The position numbers were made by a program, and so were the translations under genes. Shown here piece after piece: positions 35,141-49,841 of a stretch of DNA of 64,000 nucleotides (the first letter of the stretch is position 1; the number at the start of each line of letters is the position of its first letter). The stretch comes from Flectonema sp. DT1601. Lineage: Eukaryota. Location: contig OZ025784.1 of assembly GCA_964019425.1 (NCBI GenBank), positions 1,426,001 to 1,490,000 on the forward strand, in the 5' to 3' direction. The notes below the pieces were generated by a model that saw only the letters and a program-made list of their open reading frames with translations, ran no database searches and was not told the DNA's origin.

Positions 35141-38013
35141 ATGAGTTCGGATGATGGTTCCTTGAACTCGGAATCTGATAATTTGCAGACTAATGTTATT
35201 GAGCGACTTCGAGAACTTCGCAGACAGGCAGAAGAAGAAGTCAATGAAACAAATGAAGAAGAAATGTTTGGAATAACACAACAAGCACGTGCAGGTGGAT
35301 CTCACGTTAGAATGATGACAACTACAGCAACACCCATTAAAGTTGGTAGTGAATCTGACAACACTTCTCACATCTCAGCTACAGCTACTGAACCTACCAG
35401 AGAGCTATCAAATGAAGCATGGGAATCTGAATGGGAAGGTAACCAAGTCAATCTAGAGCGATACATCAGAATACTAAACGAAGACGAACATCTTGCTGAG
35501 GTCGTCAGCAAGGGAACAAACCTCCAACGATACGCAATTGAAAAAGAAGATGCTTTAGAAGAACGAGAATTCGCTTCTGTCGATGACTACGTTGCTAATG
35601 CTGACCTATTCTCTCGACTGTACTGTGATATAACTGAATGTGAAGGAATGATTGATTGTATTAGGGATGTCGTTTGGGGATTTAAAAATCATTTAAACAG
35701 TATAACAGGTGATATTAAAACACTCCAACAACGCTCTTCAGACATAACTGATAGACTTCGAAATAGGGAATTGGCGCTACTTCATTTGTCACCAGTTCTT
35801 CAAAAAATCGACATTATTAGTCCTTCTTGGATAAAAAAAATAGAAACGACTCCGATTGAAGCAACTGGTAAATCCGTTGAAAAACAAAAAGAAGTGGACA
35901 TTACTTTTCTCCATGCAATAAGACAACTTGATGAAAAATTAAATTTCCTTTCAGAAGATCCGAACTTGCAAGGTTCAAGCATGCAGAAAAATTTATACCC
36001 ACAACTATTGTCGACTGCCACTAAAATGACTCTAAAAATACACTCGTTTCTTCAATCTAAACTTGAATCGTTGAGAGAAGATACGAACATAGTAATACAG
36101 CAACAGGCTATCGCTCATCGTTGTTCATTTGCTTTTAGATTCTTAAAGCAATTTAATGGAAACTTAGCCGATCAATTAGTCGAGAACTATCTTGACAGCA
36201 TGAATAAAGTTTTCGCAAGACAATTGAAAAAAGCTCAAGCTGAAGTTCTTTCTGGAGAAGTGAAATTATCAAAGGCTGAATTAATCGTATCGAAGGATAC
36301 GTTTGACAGTCGTAAGGGTATTGAAAATGAAAAAGTAAAACTAATGACGAAACTAGCTGGATTGGCTTCCAGTAAAATAGAACACAAGACTCAAGTACCA
36401 TTTCGAGAACGTGTCAGAATTCTTCAGGCGATTATCCCTGACGGTGATCAACTGATTATCGATCCATCTATCATTGTACAACAGCAACGTACCTATGTTG
36501 AGGACTTCACTAGATTAAACGCCGCTTTAATAAACATGGCAGTTCATGAGGCATCTTTTATCAGCGAATACTTCTCGTATCCTCTTGTTAGGAGGGAATC
36601 GATCTTGACAGCTGTTTTTGAAAAAGCTTTTGTATATGCTAGAGACAAGTCTCTGGAACTTCTATCTCATTCAGCTTCTGACCCAATTGGAATTATGCTG
36701 CTGCTGAGAATGTTTGTGTTATTTTATTTAATAAATGGAATCGCTTCGAAAATTGACAGCAAATTTATTTTGATCTTTTTTTTTTTTTTTACTTAACCAT
36801 AACCACAACAAAACAGATCTGAGTGTTTGTTTAGTCACCTTCTTCCTCACAAGGAGGGAGAGCCTATCGAAGGAATGCAAGTATGTTTTTTTTCTTCTTT
36901 TTCTTTTTTTCTATTCTCTATTCACATCATATTCCACGTGAACACCGTTGTTTTTAGTAGAGGCTATTGAAAATAATTTAAAAAAAAAAATAGTCACAAT
37001 TGGTAACCTCCCGCGCCAGTACAGCCCCGGTAAGCACCAGTGGTGAAGGGATAGCCTTGCGGAGTAAGAGCAGGAATTTTAAAGCACCTAAATTTTTAGT
37101 CAGTCACTTGAAAGACACACAAGCCAGACTATGGGGAATGTACTCTGAGTGTATTGCTATAAATGTTTCCAGCATGAAAGAAGCATCGGAAATAAACTTT
37201 CAACAGAAACAATGCAAAGTAAAAAGAGCGACCACTCCATTAGAAATGATTGAGGCTGACGGTAGTTTAGCTCAAAGTTTATCAACGCATTCAACAATAA
37301 GACGATACGTAGATTTAGCATGTGATCTTTACTATATCAACACAACACCAATGATTGGAAGTAGAGTTTCTGGTGCTGTTGATGGCTGTCTTATATTCAG
37401 CGATACGCTAGTAGCGGATTTAACTACACTTAGAGAATATGTTTTTAAATTATTGAATGCGCTTACTCGGAGGTATGGAAATGAAACACTTGTTTCGATA
37501 TCCACCATCACAAATTTATATCACATGTTTCATACTTTTACTGAAAGAGGTGTACCAGTTGATAGCGAGGATTTGATTGCTATTAAAGAGGCTTTAGATT
37601 CTCAGATTCAGAAGTTTTCAACTAACGAATTGCTCTTAGAATTCGCAGCTGTTACGAACACTGTTTCAAACAGCTTGAGATCTCTCGTTTGCGTACCTCC
37701 TCAGTCTGATTCCGATTATTCACAAAACCAGTCTGCTGTTCCCACAACTGTTTTATCTCAGTCTGTTACTACTTTTTATGAAACATGGCAACCTGCTTTC
37801 GGTTCACTTTTTAACTTGGTTGGAAAATATTTTCAAAAATCACCTGCTGGTCGACACGTTATTCGACAGGTGTTTACTCAAATTCTTGAAATAAATAATT
37901 CTTTAAGAAACGTTGTTCTAAGCGTTTGGGAAAATCCACCTTGTAGATCGAAACTAATCTCAAATGAGGTACTCAGACATGAAATTACGACAAAGTATGA
38001 AATCACACTTTAA
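35141..38013 (+). CDS. VPS52: GARP complex subunit Vps52; exons 35141-36711, 36817-36880, 36994-38013
   Basis: Vps52-like segments FKNHLNSITGDIKTLQQRS, LRNR, DPIGIMLLLR and THSTIRRYVD; both introns restore the frame. Confidence 0.8.
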
Positions 38014-38235
38014 AAAACGGTTTCATATGAATATTTTTTTTTTTTTTTTTTTTTAAATATTGTTTTGGTACTCCTCCGTATAATTTTGCCAGCCGTTTGA
38101 TATTTTCCTCTTCTGTGTGGGAGAGGTTTTTATCAAAATTTTTTTGGTGAATTTTCTATTTTTTTTAATAGAAGCATATCTCAATTTACTCCTTACATTT
38201 ATCTCTTTAGGATATCTAAAACACATTACAAAAAT

Positions 38236-39951
38236 ATGTCTCAGCCGGTACTCGTCTTACAGCAAAATACAAAGAGAGAGCATGGAAGAAAGTCTCAATT
38301 AAATAACATCAGCGCTGGTAAGTCTGTTGCGGACTTAGTCAGAAGTACTCTTGGACCAAAGAGTATGTTGAAAATGATATTAGACCCAATGGGAGGAACT
38401 CAAATTACTAACGATGGTAATGCAATCTTAAGAGAGATTGACGTCGTTCACCCAGCAGCAAAGCACATGATTGAATTAGCGAGAGCCCAAGACGAAGAGT
38501 GTGGTGATGGTACTACCAGTGTTATTATCTTGGGAGGAGAGATGTTGGCTGTTTCCCAACCGTTTCTAGAAGTTCTTCAGGTTCATCCTATTAAGATTGT
38601 TTCTGGATACATGAAAGCCCTCGATGACGCAGTTGAGTACATGAAGTCGATTGCTATGACTGTTGATTTAACTACCGACACTGACGTTGCAAAGGTTGTT
38701 GACTGTTGTTTAGGAACAAAGTTTGCTGGTCGCTATGGAGACCTCGCCACCAAGCTCGCTGTTAGCGCCGTCCGTACAGTTATGAGAACTGATGCCATCT
38801 CAGGAAACATTGAAATCGACGTTAAGAGATACGCGAAGATTGAAAAGATCCCTGGAGGTCACATTGATGAATCTCGTGTTCTAGATGGTGTTATGTTTAA
38901 CAAGGACATTACTCACCAGAAGATGAAAAGACTTATTAAGAACCCACGTGTTCTACTCCTCGACTGCCCTCTCGAATACAAAAAGGCTGAGTCCATGCTC
39001 AACGTTGAAATCGTAGATGACAAGGACTGGGAAAAGCTTATGGAGATGGAGGAAAAATGGATTCAGGAAGTGTGTGAAAGCATCATTCGTTTCAAGCCAG
39101 ACGTTGTCTGCACTGAGAAGGGTATCAGTGACTTGGCGCAGCATTACTTCGTAAAGGCTGGAATCAGTGCTATCAGACGTCTTCGTAAGACTGACAACAA
39201 CAGAATTGCTCGCGCTACCGGAGCCACAATCGTCCACAGACCAGAAGAAATCCAAGAGAGCGACATCGGAACCAACGCCGGTCTCTTCCAAGTTCAGAAG
39301 ATTGGTGACGAGTACTTTACTTTCATTGTTGAGTGCAAGGAACCAAAGGCCTGTTCAATTATCTTAAGAGGTGCCTCAAAGGACACCCTTAACGAAATGG
39401 AACGTAACTTGATTGACGCGATGAACGTAGCGAGAAACATCTTCCACAACCCGAAGGTCGTCTACGGAGGAGGTTCAGTTGAAATGGCTGTTAGTCAGCT
39501 CCTCCTTGAAAAGAGTAAAACTCTTGCTGGAGTCTCACAGAAGGCTTATGAAGCAATCGCAAGAGCGTTGGAAGTAATTCCAAGAACTTTGATCCAAAAC
39601 TGTGGAGGTGCTGCTATCAAGTTATTAACAGAACTCAGATCAAAGCACACTGACAAAGCCAACATCACTTGGGGTATTGACGGTACTGATGGAGTTCTCA
39701 CTGACATGAAGGAAATCAACATCATGGAACCACTCTCAGTCAAAGCCCAAACCATGAAGACTGCAATTGAAGCCGCCTGTGTTCTCATTCGTATTGATGA
39801 CATCGTTTCTGGTGTCGCTGTTGACGCTGATGGTCCTTCTGCTGCGGTGCGTTAGTTTATTTATTTATTATTTCAATTTCACGATTTAATGTTTACTATT
39901 GTATATAAAAACACAAAAAAACAGGGCAACAGAAACCCAGATGAGGAATAG
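38236..39951 (+). CDS. CCT3: T-complex protein 1 subunit gamma; exons 38236-39846 and 39925-39951
   Basis: LGPKSMLKMILDPMGG, GDGTTSV, IDVKRYAKIEKIPGG and RRLRKTDNNRIARA. Confidence 0.95.
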
Positions 39952-40237
39952 ACTGATTTCCGACGACCTCTCCCTCAAAAGTTATGTTAAGTGAAATTTG
40001 CGCCTAACCACATTATTTGGTAGCGTGTACTTGTTAGTTGTGAAGTCATTTGTGACGGAAGGCTATCAGATGACTTACTTTTAGTAGCTTGCATGAGAAC
40101 TTTGACGTTACATTAAATTTTTGAACAAAAAAAAAAAAAAAAGTAGTGTTTTTTTTTTTTTTTTTTTTTTTCCCCCCCTTTTTTAAAAAAGCTGTTACGG
40201 TAACATAGGCAAGTGGCGCTCAACTATGTTCACGTGG

Positions 40238-40354
40238 CCTCCAGTGGTATTATTTATTTATTTGCAGTCATTTACTACGCTGCCGCTGACAGTCAAGATT
40301 GTCGGAGAAATTGTTGTTCCTTTTGAGCTTGAAAATGCAGTATCAAATTACCCC
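40238..40354. repeat. ~115-bp dispersed repeat, copy B
   Basis: Homologous to 30435-30548. Confidence 0.85.
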
Positions 40355-41234
40355 CCCTGCAATCCCTGCCCCCATTCCATTTTTTTTTTTAAAAATCTTT
40401 TTTTTATTTCTCCCTCAAAGACCCCCCCCGTGGTTTGACGAAATCATCCCTTGCTCTGGTTTATCAAATGAATATTTAGTATAAAGAAATGATAACGTAA
40501 TGGGAAAGAAAGAAAAAAAAAAAAGGAGAAAATAAGAAAATAACGAACCCAACACATCGACATTTGGTGTCACGAAAGAGACTATTATTGCCACTGACTA
40601 CCCAGTCTTAGGTAATTACCTTTGGGTCGATGAGAAAAGAGTTAAGTGTCCGCACCACCATCCCCCCTTGTTTTCCCTTCTCGGATTTTCTTTTTTTTTA
40701 AAAAAAAATTTTTATCCCTTTGTTAGATTTTGAAGTCATTTTTTTTGTTTCCCTGGCCCATACCCGAGGTATCCAATGCTTACTGCTCACAACTGTCGAT
40801 TTCTATTTTCGATAACTGCATTGCGGGATGCAGTATGAAAAAAAAAAAGCACGAAAAAAAAAAAAAAAAAAAAAAATTAAAAGAAGAAAAAAAAAAAAAA
40901 GAAAAAAAAATGAAGTACAGCATTCTTATCAATTAACTTACAACTGCTACTGGTGGGAGAAAACAAAAACAAAAAAAATTTAAAAAAAAAAAAAAAATTA
41001 AATAAATAAAAAGAAGAAGAAGCGCTTCGGAACATAGACGAACACAATTCATCAGTTTTTAGTATCGGGCGACTTAGTTTCCTTTGAATTTTTTTTTTTT
41101 ATTTTTGCTAATTGAAAATTTTACAACAGGATTATATAACTTTATAAGAAAAACAACTGTTTTTCCTCTTTGTCATGATGCATATTCTTTAACTAGGGAG
41201 TTAACCCGATGCTCTTTAGTTTGCCGTATCAGCG

Positions 41235-44200
41235 ATGCACAGTACGCAATGCATAGGATTTCCTTTTGTATCAATCAATCAACTCACACAACAGGTGGAT
41301 CAACGATGGATTCCCCCCCAGGGATCTCACAATCCACTGAAAGAAGCCTAGGCGGAGTCTCACCAGACTGGTATTGCTCTGGTGGAGGTGACAGAGAAGA
41401 TGAATTGAGAAAAGAAAATCAAAATCTCCAACAAAAAATAGAGTCCTACGAAATAACATTAAAACGTAAATCAGAAGAACTCAACAACGTAACCAAAGCT
41501 CTTCACGATGAGAGAATGTTTGAAGAGGAAACGTTATCTAATATTACACAAGGAAGCGAGAAGATGTTGGAACAAAAAGGTTTACAAGTTCAACAACTTA
41601 ACAACACAGTTCAAAAACTTCATAATGCACTCAGAAAGAAAGATGAACACCTTTCAGGTTTAGTCTCGAGTAACTTAAAGGCGGATGGCGTACATGCTGA
41701 ACTTGTTGCTGAGCTCAGTGAGTTAAAAGCAAATCTTCGACACACACAAGCAGAACTATCAAAAGAACACACCAGGTTACATCGAACTGATGGTCAGTGT
41801 GGAGCTCTCTCTGAGCAGAACCAACGTCTTGAGGATCTTATTCAGCACTACAGGTCTGAGTTAACTAGAAGAGACGCTCTATTAAACTCCCAACACATCG
41901 ACCAATGCAATTCAGAACGCCAACGTAACTTAACCGACATTGAAACAACCGAGTTGCTTGCCGATGTTATTTCTTTAATTCAAAAACTCGATGCTGAATT
42001 GTTCAATTTGATTTCTGATTCTTCGAATTTCAGCTACAAAATTCTCCCACAATGTCCAAGACCTGGTCAGAGAACGAAATTAATAATCACATCATTGGCT
42101 GCTAATTCAGTTTTTAATATAAACTCTTCAACGAACACTTTTAATATCACTCCCTTTTCACCTCTAGTTGAGTGTCCATCTGGATTTGTGACGGAGTGTT
42201 GCTTCACAGCAGAGAGTGAAGGACCAGCTGTGTTAAGTGTTGTGGAAACACATAAATTTCACAAGAATACATCGACGATGAAAATATCAGTTTTAGTTGA
42301 AGGTCCTCCGTGTGTTGTTGATGTAACCGGAAGTACTCTTTCTGTTGTGGGTGACAGTGAGTGTACATATCAAGTCTTAGCAACTTTAAGAAACGGAATT
42401 GGAGAATTAGTTTCAAACGCATCATCACTTGTTGTTGTAGGTGACACTCAACAAGTGCCTGTTACGAAACTAGTACTACCAACAATTGCTATGCCGAGAG
42501 GTATAAAATTACGAGAACGAAAAAATATATGTGAGAACACAACTCTTTTATCATTCGATGTACAGACAACAGCGAGTAGTAGAGACGTTACTCTGGATGA
42601 TGGTTGTTGTATTGTCAGTCATGTTTATTTAGGAAAGGGACTAGTTAGATCTGGTCATGAAGTATTAGCAACAATCGACCCTCAATCGTGTTCAACAGAA
42701 CCTTCACATAACATAACTGTTGGAGATAGAGGTTGCATCATTGTTACTCTTCGTGGTATCTCTGATAACGGTCAGGTTGAAGTAATATCTCCAACACAAG
42801 TCCTTCAAGCAATCCATGAGACTGGTTACGTTACTTTGTCAGCTGATTGTAACACAGCTGTTGATATTGAAGTGCTTCCTGATACTGATTTAGAAACACT
42901 TTTATTTTACTTTACTCCACTTCAAAGTGGACTGATTACACTGCAGCTTTCAATTGGAAGGACGTCAGTTCCTGTTGCAGTTCAGGTTTGTGATCCTGGA
43001 CAAGATCCCATTTCATTGGTGTTCACTGATAAGTTCGGATCTCTCATTGAGAGTGATTCAGTTTATAAGATTGGGTTGGATACAAAACTAGACCTCCGTT
43101 TGGGATTCTACGACGTCAACAGGATCCCGTCAGCAACTACCCCTCCACTGGATTCTATTTCTGTAACATTCGAAGACAGTAATGGCATCCAGTTCGATTC
43201 CTCATCTATAACTATTTCCCAACATCCTGATTCACCTGCTGCTTGTCTTGTCTCAGTCACATTATCTGATGTTGCTGCTGGAAGATATCAAATTATCTGT
43301 TCTGCACTTAATGATGTTGTTAGGCGGCCAGTAACGGTTGTGAATGCACACTCAGAGAATAACGTTATGAGTAAAATAATTTCAAACCTGATGTCGAATG
43401 TTCTGTTTGAGTATGCGGAGTGCCCTAGCAAAGTAACCCCTGGAGGGATTTACAATGTGAAGCTCACACCTCGATCTGATTCTCTTGAACCGTTGTTGCT
43501 ATCTTCACCTCCTGAATTGCGAGCTGAAATCTTCTCATCTGCTGGAGATGTTCCCCTTTTAGGCTCCAGCAATAAGTATGAGTTGGTCCTCAGACACAGC
43601 GGAACTCCAAATAATTATTTTGAGCTTTCCACTACAGCCCCAGTAGCACCCGGAGAATATCGACTAAAAATATCATCTCCGCAGGGTTCGAACATGATTG
43701 AATCTGCCGTAGCTGTTGTTTGCGACAGTAAATTAGCAACAAAAGAAGCACACCGGGGACTTAAAGGAACTATATCTCTAATACCAAATGTATCCTATGT
43801 TTATGAGCAACAGGAAGGTAGAAAGGCATCTGCCGAACGTGAACGTAAAATCGCAACACGGGAGTTAGAAAACTTTCAGAAAAAGAACGATGAACAACAA
43901 AAAGGCCACGCAATAGAACTTGCTGCTGCCCAAGAAGCAGCATTGCGAGACACTGAAACAGCTCATCAGAAGGTGGCAGAATTGAAGAAGAAATTAAGTG
44001 ATGAAAGAAACACTCATAAAGATTACCAATCTCGATGGGCTTCAAGAGAAGACGGATTCACTGATGAAAGAGAACAACTTGCGAAAGACAAACTAATGTG
44101 GTTAGATAAAATAAAATCACTCACTTCACAAGAAGAACACTCTCTCAAAGCAATCGCTCAACTCCGAGATGAACGACAAGACTTACAAGCTGCTCACAGC

Positions 44201-47200
44201 AATGAAGTTAGACTATTGACTCAGAGATTTAAAACAAAACTTTCAGAGTTGTCTCAACAACAAGAAACCACATCACATCGATGGGTCTCAGAAAAGAGTA
44301 ACTTAGACAGCTCTGTCTTACAACTACAGTCACAGTTGAGCAGCGCTGAGCACACCAATTCCAGACTTGAGGAATCACAGAAACAGTTAGAAAGATCACT
44401 TTTAGAATCCCAACAGGCTGCTGCTCATTATGAGGCTGAGTTAAATTCTCAAAAAGCTGCGACGGCTCAAATGCAATTACAGATGTCGTCGTCTTCTGAT
44501 CAGCACACTTCAGCTTTGGAGTCGCTGAAGCATTCGTACGAACAGCAAGAAAAGGCACACCATCATGCGATGCAGCAAACCACTAAAAAATATAATTCCG
44601 AAGTAGCTGCTTTGCAGGAGAGCCTAAGGAGTAGTTCTGAGGAAAAGAATTCTCAAATTCAAAATTTGCAACTAAAGCTACAATCAGAACAAGAAGAAGC
44701 GAAGAGGCAATTCGAATCAACAGTCTCATCACATAAAATAGAAACAGCTGATTTAACAAGTGAGATTGAATTACTGAATGAAAAACTAACTGAAGCAGAT
44801 GTCACTCACAGTAATCAAAATAAACAACTCACATCACAGTTAGAACAGGAACAGGCTGCTGTGACTAAAACTGTCTCGACAGTTAGCAAATTGAAAAATC
44901 AAATAACAGATTTAGAAATGTCTGTAGAGCAGCTTACTGACTGCAAAGAAGAACTTTTAAACTCACTGGAAGCAGAGAGAAGTCAATCAAAGTGTGATGT
45001 CTCAAAGATACAGTCGCAGCTTGAAGCAGCTCGTTTAGAATTATTATCGTCAGCAGAAGAATTTGAAAAAAATCGTCAAAATACGGAGTCTGAGAGAATC
45101 GAATTATCAAAAGCAAGCAACACTCAATTAAAATACCTTCAGGACCAGTTAATTGAAGTTAATAAGAGGAACTCTGCAGATCAGCAACAGCTGTCAACAA
45201 AACATGATGATGACAGACAGAGTTGGCAACAAGAAAAACTGTCATTTAAAGTTCTCATAAACAAACTAGAACTCTCTGTTGAAGATGCTAAGAGGGAATT
45301 GTCTTTAACGAAATCATCTCATGCAGCAGATATTCAAGAATCACTTCAGCATTGGCAAACAGAAAATCAAAGTCTTCAACATGAAGTTGAAGCACTCACG
45401 GCAGCAATCGAACAAGAATCTCAAAAACACTCAAAAGAAGTTTCAGCCATCAAATCAGAACTTGAAAATGTAAACAAATTGAAATCCTCAGCTGAAGGAG
45501 ATCTAATATCCCAATTAGAAACTTTAAAAGATGACCTCACTTCATCAGAAACCTCTCACTCCAGAGCTATCAAACTACTTGAAGAAGAAAAGTCCATCTT
45601 AGAAGCTCGTCACAAACAAGAACTCCAAACAACTGTCAACGAAGCCCAGGACCTGCGTCAACAAAACTCACACATGAGTTTAAAAATAACTGACCTTGAG
45701 GAAACTGCTATCAGAGAAAAGGAACGATGGGGAACTGAGAAGACTCAATTCAAAGACAAACTGACATCTCTTCAGCAAACTTCATCAGAACTTGCAGCTG
45801 AGCATAAGGAACAACTTGAAGAGTGTGATGCCATCCTTGCTAGAGTCAAGTCAGAAGCAGAGAACACCAGCAGTGAAAAGTTTAAACAAATGGAACACAT
45901 TCACAAAATAGAAATATCTGAATTAATATCACAGATGGAGGCAAAGACTGAAAGCAACACAGCGGAATGGGATGACCGCCTGGCAACTCTCTGCGCTGCA
46001 CACAAATCAGAGTTATCCCGACTGCACGAAGCAGCAGCAGAGAGGGAAGCTGCTGCAGAAATATGCCTCGATGCTGCGAGACTTAACTATAAATCAGAAC
46101 TTGACAAAATGGAAGCAGAAGTTGCCAGAACCAAAGCTGACCGAATTGCTTGCAGACAACGTTCAGACCAGGACCGAGCCAATGATAAACAACAGCTGAA
46201 AGCAAAGTACAACACTGAGATAGAAGACCTTCAAGAAAAGCTACACGAGGCAGAGTTAAAATATGACAGACTAACTCAACAGTCTGACACTGCAAAGACA
46301 CAACACACAACTGAACTATCAGAAGTAGGAAGACAACTACAAAAAGTACAACAACAAGAAGCGGAATGCCAACAACGAGAAGCGATGGATGAACTAACTC
46401 AACTAAGAAAGGCATGGCAGAGTAATTTAGAAGCAGCCACTGCTGCACATGACTGTGACAGAGAATCATTTTCTAAAGAGAGAGAGTCGTGGAGAACTGA
46501 AAGAGTCTCACTTTGGAAGGAAAGAGAAGCAACAAGACAATCATTAGAAACAGCTCTCACTGATACAGCAACTGCTAGACAAGAAGTCGATAATATATCA
46601 ACACAGAGATCTACTGAAGTTGCTAAGTTGGTTGATGAGAATGCATTACTCGCTAGACAACTCGTAGACCTCAGAGAACAGTCAACAGTGTCGGAGTCGC
46701 AATCTGTTAATGTCCTTCAGTTGGAACTTCAAAAATTACAATCTGACAACCAAATTCTACTCAAAGATCTTAAACTTGCTCGTGAGGATCCTTCAGTTGA
46801 AAAAAGCAATCAAATCTCATCATTGACATCACAAGTTCAATCCCTACGTGAGAAACACGGCACTGTAACATCATCGTTATCATCACAGCTGAATAATACG
46901 GAAGAAGAATTAAACCATGCGAGACAATTAATTCAACAGCTTCAAAGGGAAGTAACTGCATCAAATCTTCGTTTTGAAAATCTTTCAGAGAGATATTCTG
47001 ACAAGGAAAAGGAAACTTCAGTTGACAGTAACTTACAGCAGATGTATGACACTCTCAAGGGTGATTACGACGCCCATTTGAGAGAGTGCAGACCTCTCGC
47101 AGAAAGAGTCGCTTCATTGGAAGAGGTCATCGAATCTCAGAAGTCGAAATACATCGCACTTCAGCAAGAGTATGCTACCCATATGGAGAAGTGTTCTGTT

Positions 47201-49042
47201 GAAACCGATATGATCGAACTTAAAAAACAAATTGAGCATCTGAATGAAGTTCACCGAACACATTTAGAGGCCTGTCAGACTGAACCAACTGCCATCCCAG
47301 ATTCAGATCTGTTACACAAATATAATTCATTACAAGAAACACATGCTCAAGTTACAGCAGAGATGGAGGTTCTGAGAGGAGCATTCGAAGACGAGAATGT
47401 GATGGAGAAAGAATTCTCGAAACAGAAAGATAAAATTCCTGAGTTAGAATCGAAGATGGAAGTGATGGAAAATAATTACGAAGAGCAACTAACTTCTTAC
47501 AAGGAACTGTTGGATGGAACACAACACAAATATCAACAAGCCATCGAACAACAAGCTTCTGAAAGAACCGAATGGATTTCAGAAAGAGATAAACTCCGAA
47601 AAGACGCTTCTGAATTAAGACGACAACTCGATCAGTCTGAAGATGCAAACCAATCTCAACTTCTCGATTCTCGGATTAATCAACTTGAACAGTCTCATCA
47701 AGAAGAGTGTGGCTACCTCCGGGATCAACTTGAAAAGACAAAGACCTGTTGGAAACAAGAAAAGACAGAATTCGACGCATTTCTCCTTGAAATTGATCAA
47801 GAAAAGGAACAGCTAACTAGAAAAGCTGCCAACGCCGAACAACTACAAACACAACTCGAGTTCACAAGACAAGAGCTTCATCATTTACAACAACAACAGC
47901 GAGACACTTCTAACGGTAATTTATCAACTCCACCTTCTCCGATATCTCCACCAGAACCCGTATCTCAATCTGATACTTTCCAACGTACTGATGATGGAAT
48001 TAATTCAAGGTCAACCTCTCCTACTGCGGTATGTTTATATTACTGTTTTTCTTATTAATTTTTGTTCCTTATAAAAATAAAACTCAAACAACACACATTC
48101 ACAGGAGGAACTAATTGCCTGCCTAACAACTGAATACGGTTCTCCTGAGGGTGCTTTGCAAGCCATGAAGTATGTTATTGTGGGGTGGCGATTATCTCCT
48201 CTATTTCTTGGAGCAAGAACAAAACAAAACAAAATAAAAACAGAAAAGGAGGTGAAGTCGATGTAGCCGGTATTCGTTATGCCCTTCGTAGAATTGGAAT
48301 GGAAGAACACGCTCAGGTACTACTGGGTAGTGCTCGGACTGAAGGAGTTCGGACGTTACTCGACAGACAGTCGAGATCACCTCCCAGAGATTACGTTGAT
48401 AAAATGAGAGAATACGACAAAGCAGAACATATTGATAAACAACTTGCTAAGCAGTCGAGGAAAATTCAAAATAAAAATCGTGAAAGGAGTGGAAGTATAA
48501 CCACAATGACACCAAAACAATTATCGAAAAGATCACAATCTGTTGATACAAAGAGTAGAGGAAGTATGCACTCAAGTGTTCCACCAACACCACCACAATC
48601 AGCATCAAGAGTATCATCGAAAGCCTTTCCGTACTTCGGAATTGAAGTAACTGATGGTGTTCGAATGGGTAGCAACAGACAGGAATATTACGGAATAAAA
48701 GTAGTTCGGGTTAAGGGAGCTGCCCTCCAGGCAGGTATCCAAGCGGGTGATGTAATAAAAGAAATTGCTGGTTCTGAAGTCACGTCTCTCTCACAGTTCA
48801 AACATGTCATGAAAAAGTTACCGAGTCATGAGGCTCTCTATATTCTCTTAGATCGTTGCGGTACTGAAATAATAATGGCCATCAGACCAGAGGCAACTAA
48901 TGCTTTACCTGGAAGTCTATCAAAATACACTCAAGCAGTCACAGTACCTGCACCTGGTCACCGTGAAGTTGATGTCAGAAGTGTCAGCGCCAACAGCAGC
49001 GACGTATCTCTGGGTGGACGGCATCGTGGTCCGTTTAGGTAA
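41235..49042 (+). CDS. Giant (~2,500 aa) coiled-coil protein with a beta-rich Ig/filamin-like region and C-terminal PDZ-like domain; exons 41235-41241 (tentative), 41295-48028, 48105-48169, 48244-49042
   Basis: Long heptad-rich ORF; introns 48029-48104 and 48170-48243 keep the frame; PYFGIEV...GIKVVRV...AALQAGIQAGDVIKEIAG is PDZ-like. Confidence 0.8.
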
Positions 49043-49314
49043 TATTCTTTTTTTAAGTAATTTAAAAAAAAAAAAAAAAAAAAAAGGACTTCTTATTTTT
49101 CTGCTGTTATCCTCTCTCAATAATTAATAACTTTACTATCGTATAAAGCATTCAATTTGAGTTAAGATGGAATTTCGTGTTGTTTTATGTTTTCATACGT
49201 TTCCCTCTCTTTAGATTTACGACTTTACGGTTGATTACCCAAAAAAAACTTTTTCGTTGCTTAAACACAGTAAAACAAATAAAAAAAAGATTCTTTTTTT
49301 TTTTTTTTTTTTTT

Positions 49315-49434
49315 ACACCGACGAAGTCGGAGAAGAGAACTATTCAGATTAAAAGATCTGTTTTTATGTATTATGGTCAACTCCAGTCATACTGTTTGCG
49401 ATCAACAAAATATAAAGGCTGTATCTGAATGGTT
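49315..49434. mobile_element. Dispersed hairpin element, copy 3 (120 bp, diverged centre, conserved ends)
   Basis: CACCGACGAAGTCGGAGAAG...TATTCAGAT...GCGATCAACAAAATATAAAGGCTGTATCTGAATGG, flanked by T-runs. Confidence 0.75.
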
Positions 49435-49592
49435 TCTTCTTTTTTTTTTTTTTTTTTTTTTTTCCCGAATACAAAGTGAAACTTTTTAAATAGAACCAGA
49501 GCAGGTCAAAAGGGGTTGTCATCTATCTTTTAAGCTGTAGCACGTGATTGTTAACTAGATGAAAATATTTATTTTATTTAGATACTTCTACT

Positions 49593-49623
<31 letters not shown>

Positions 49624-49841
49624 CACGACAACTGACTTACTCACAACCGTAACTTTTATATGTTTCTTTTTCTTAGTATTGTACTTTGATGAGGTGAGCG
49701 GAATAGTTGTTTTGGTTTACTTGTTTTTTTTTTTTGGTATAACAGGGTGACACTAATACATGGTTATACATGATTAAGTCGGCACCTTCTCGAAGATTAT
49801 TATTTCCTAAGAAACCTTTCAACAGTTTTATCATTTAAAAC

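Noticed and set aside
37000..37075. GC-rich stretch resembling an AGA-box snoRNA or twister ribozyme
   Set aside because: The acceptor at 36993 puts it in frame within VPS52 exon 3, and the twister P4 stem does not pair.
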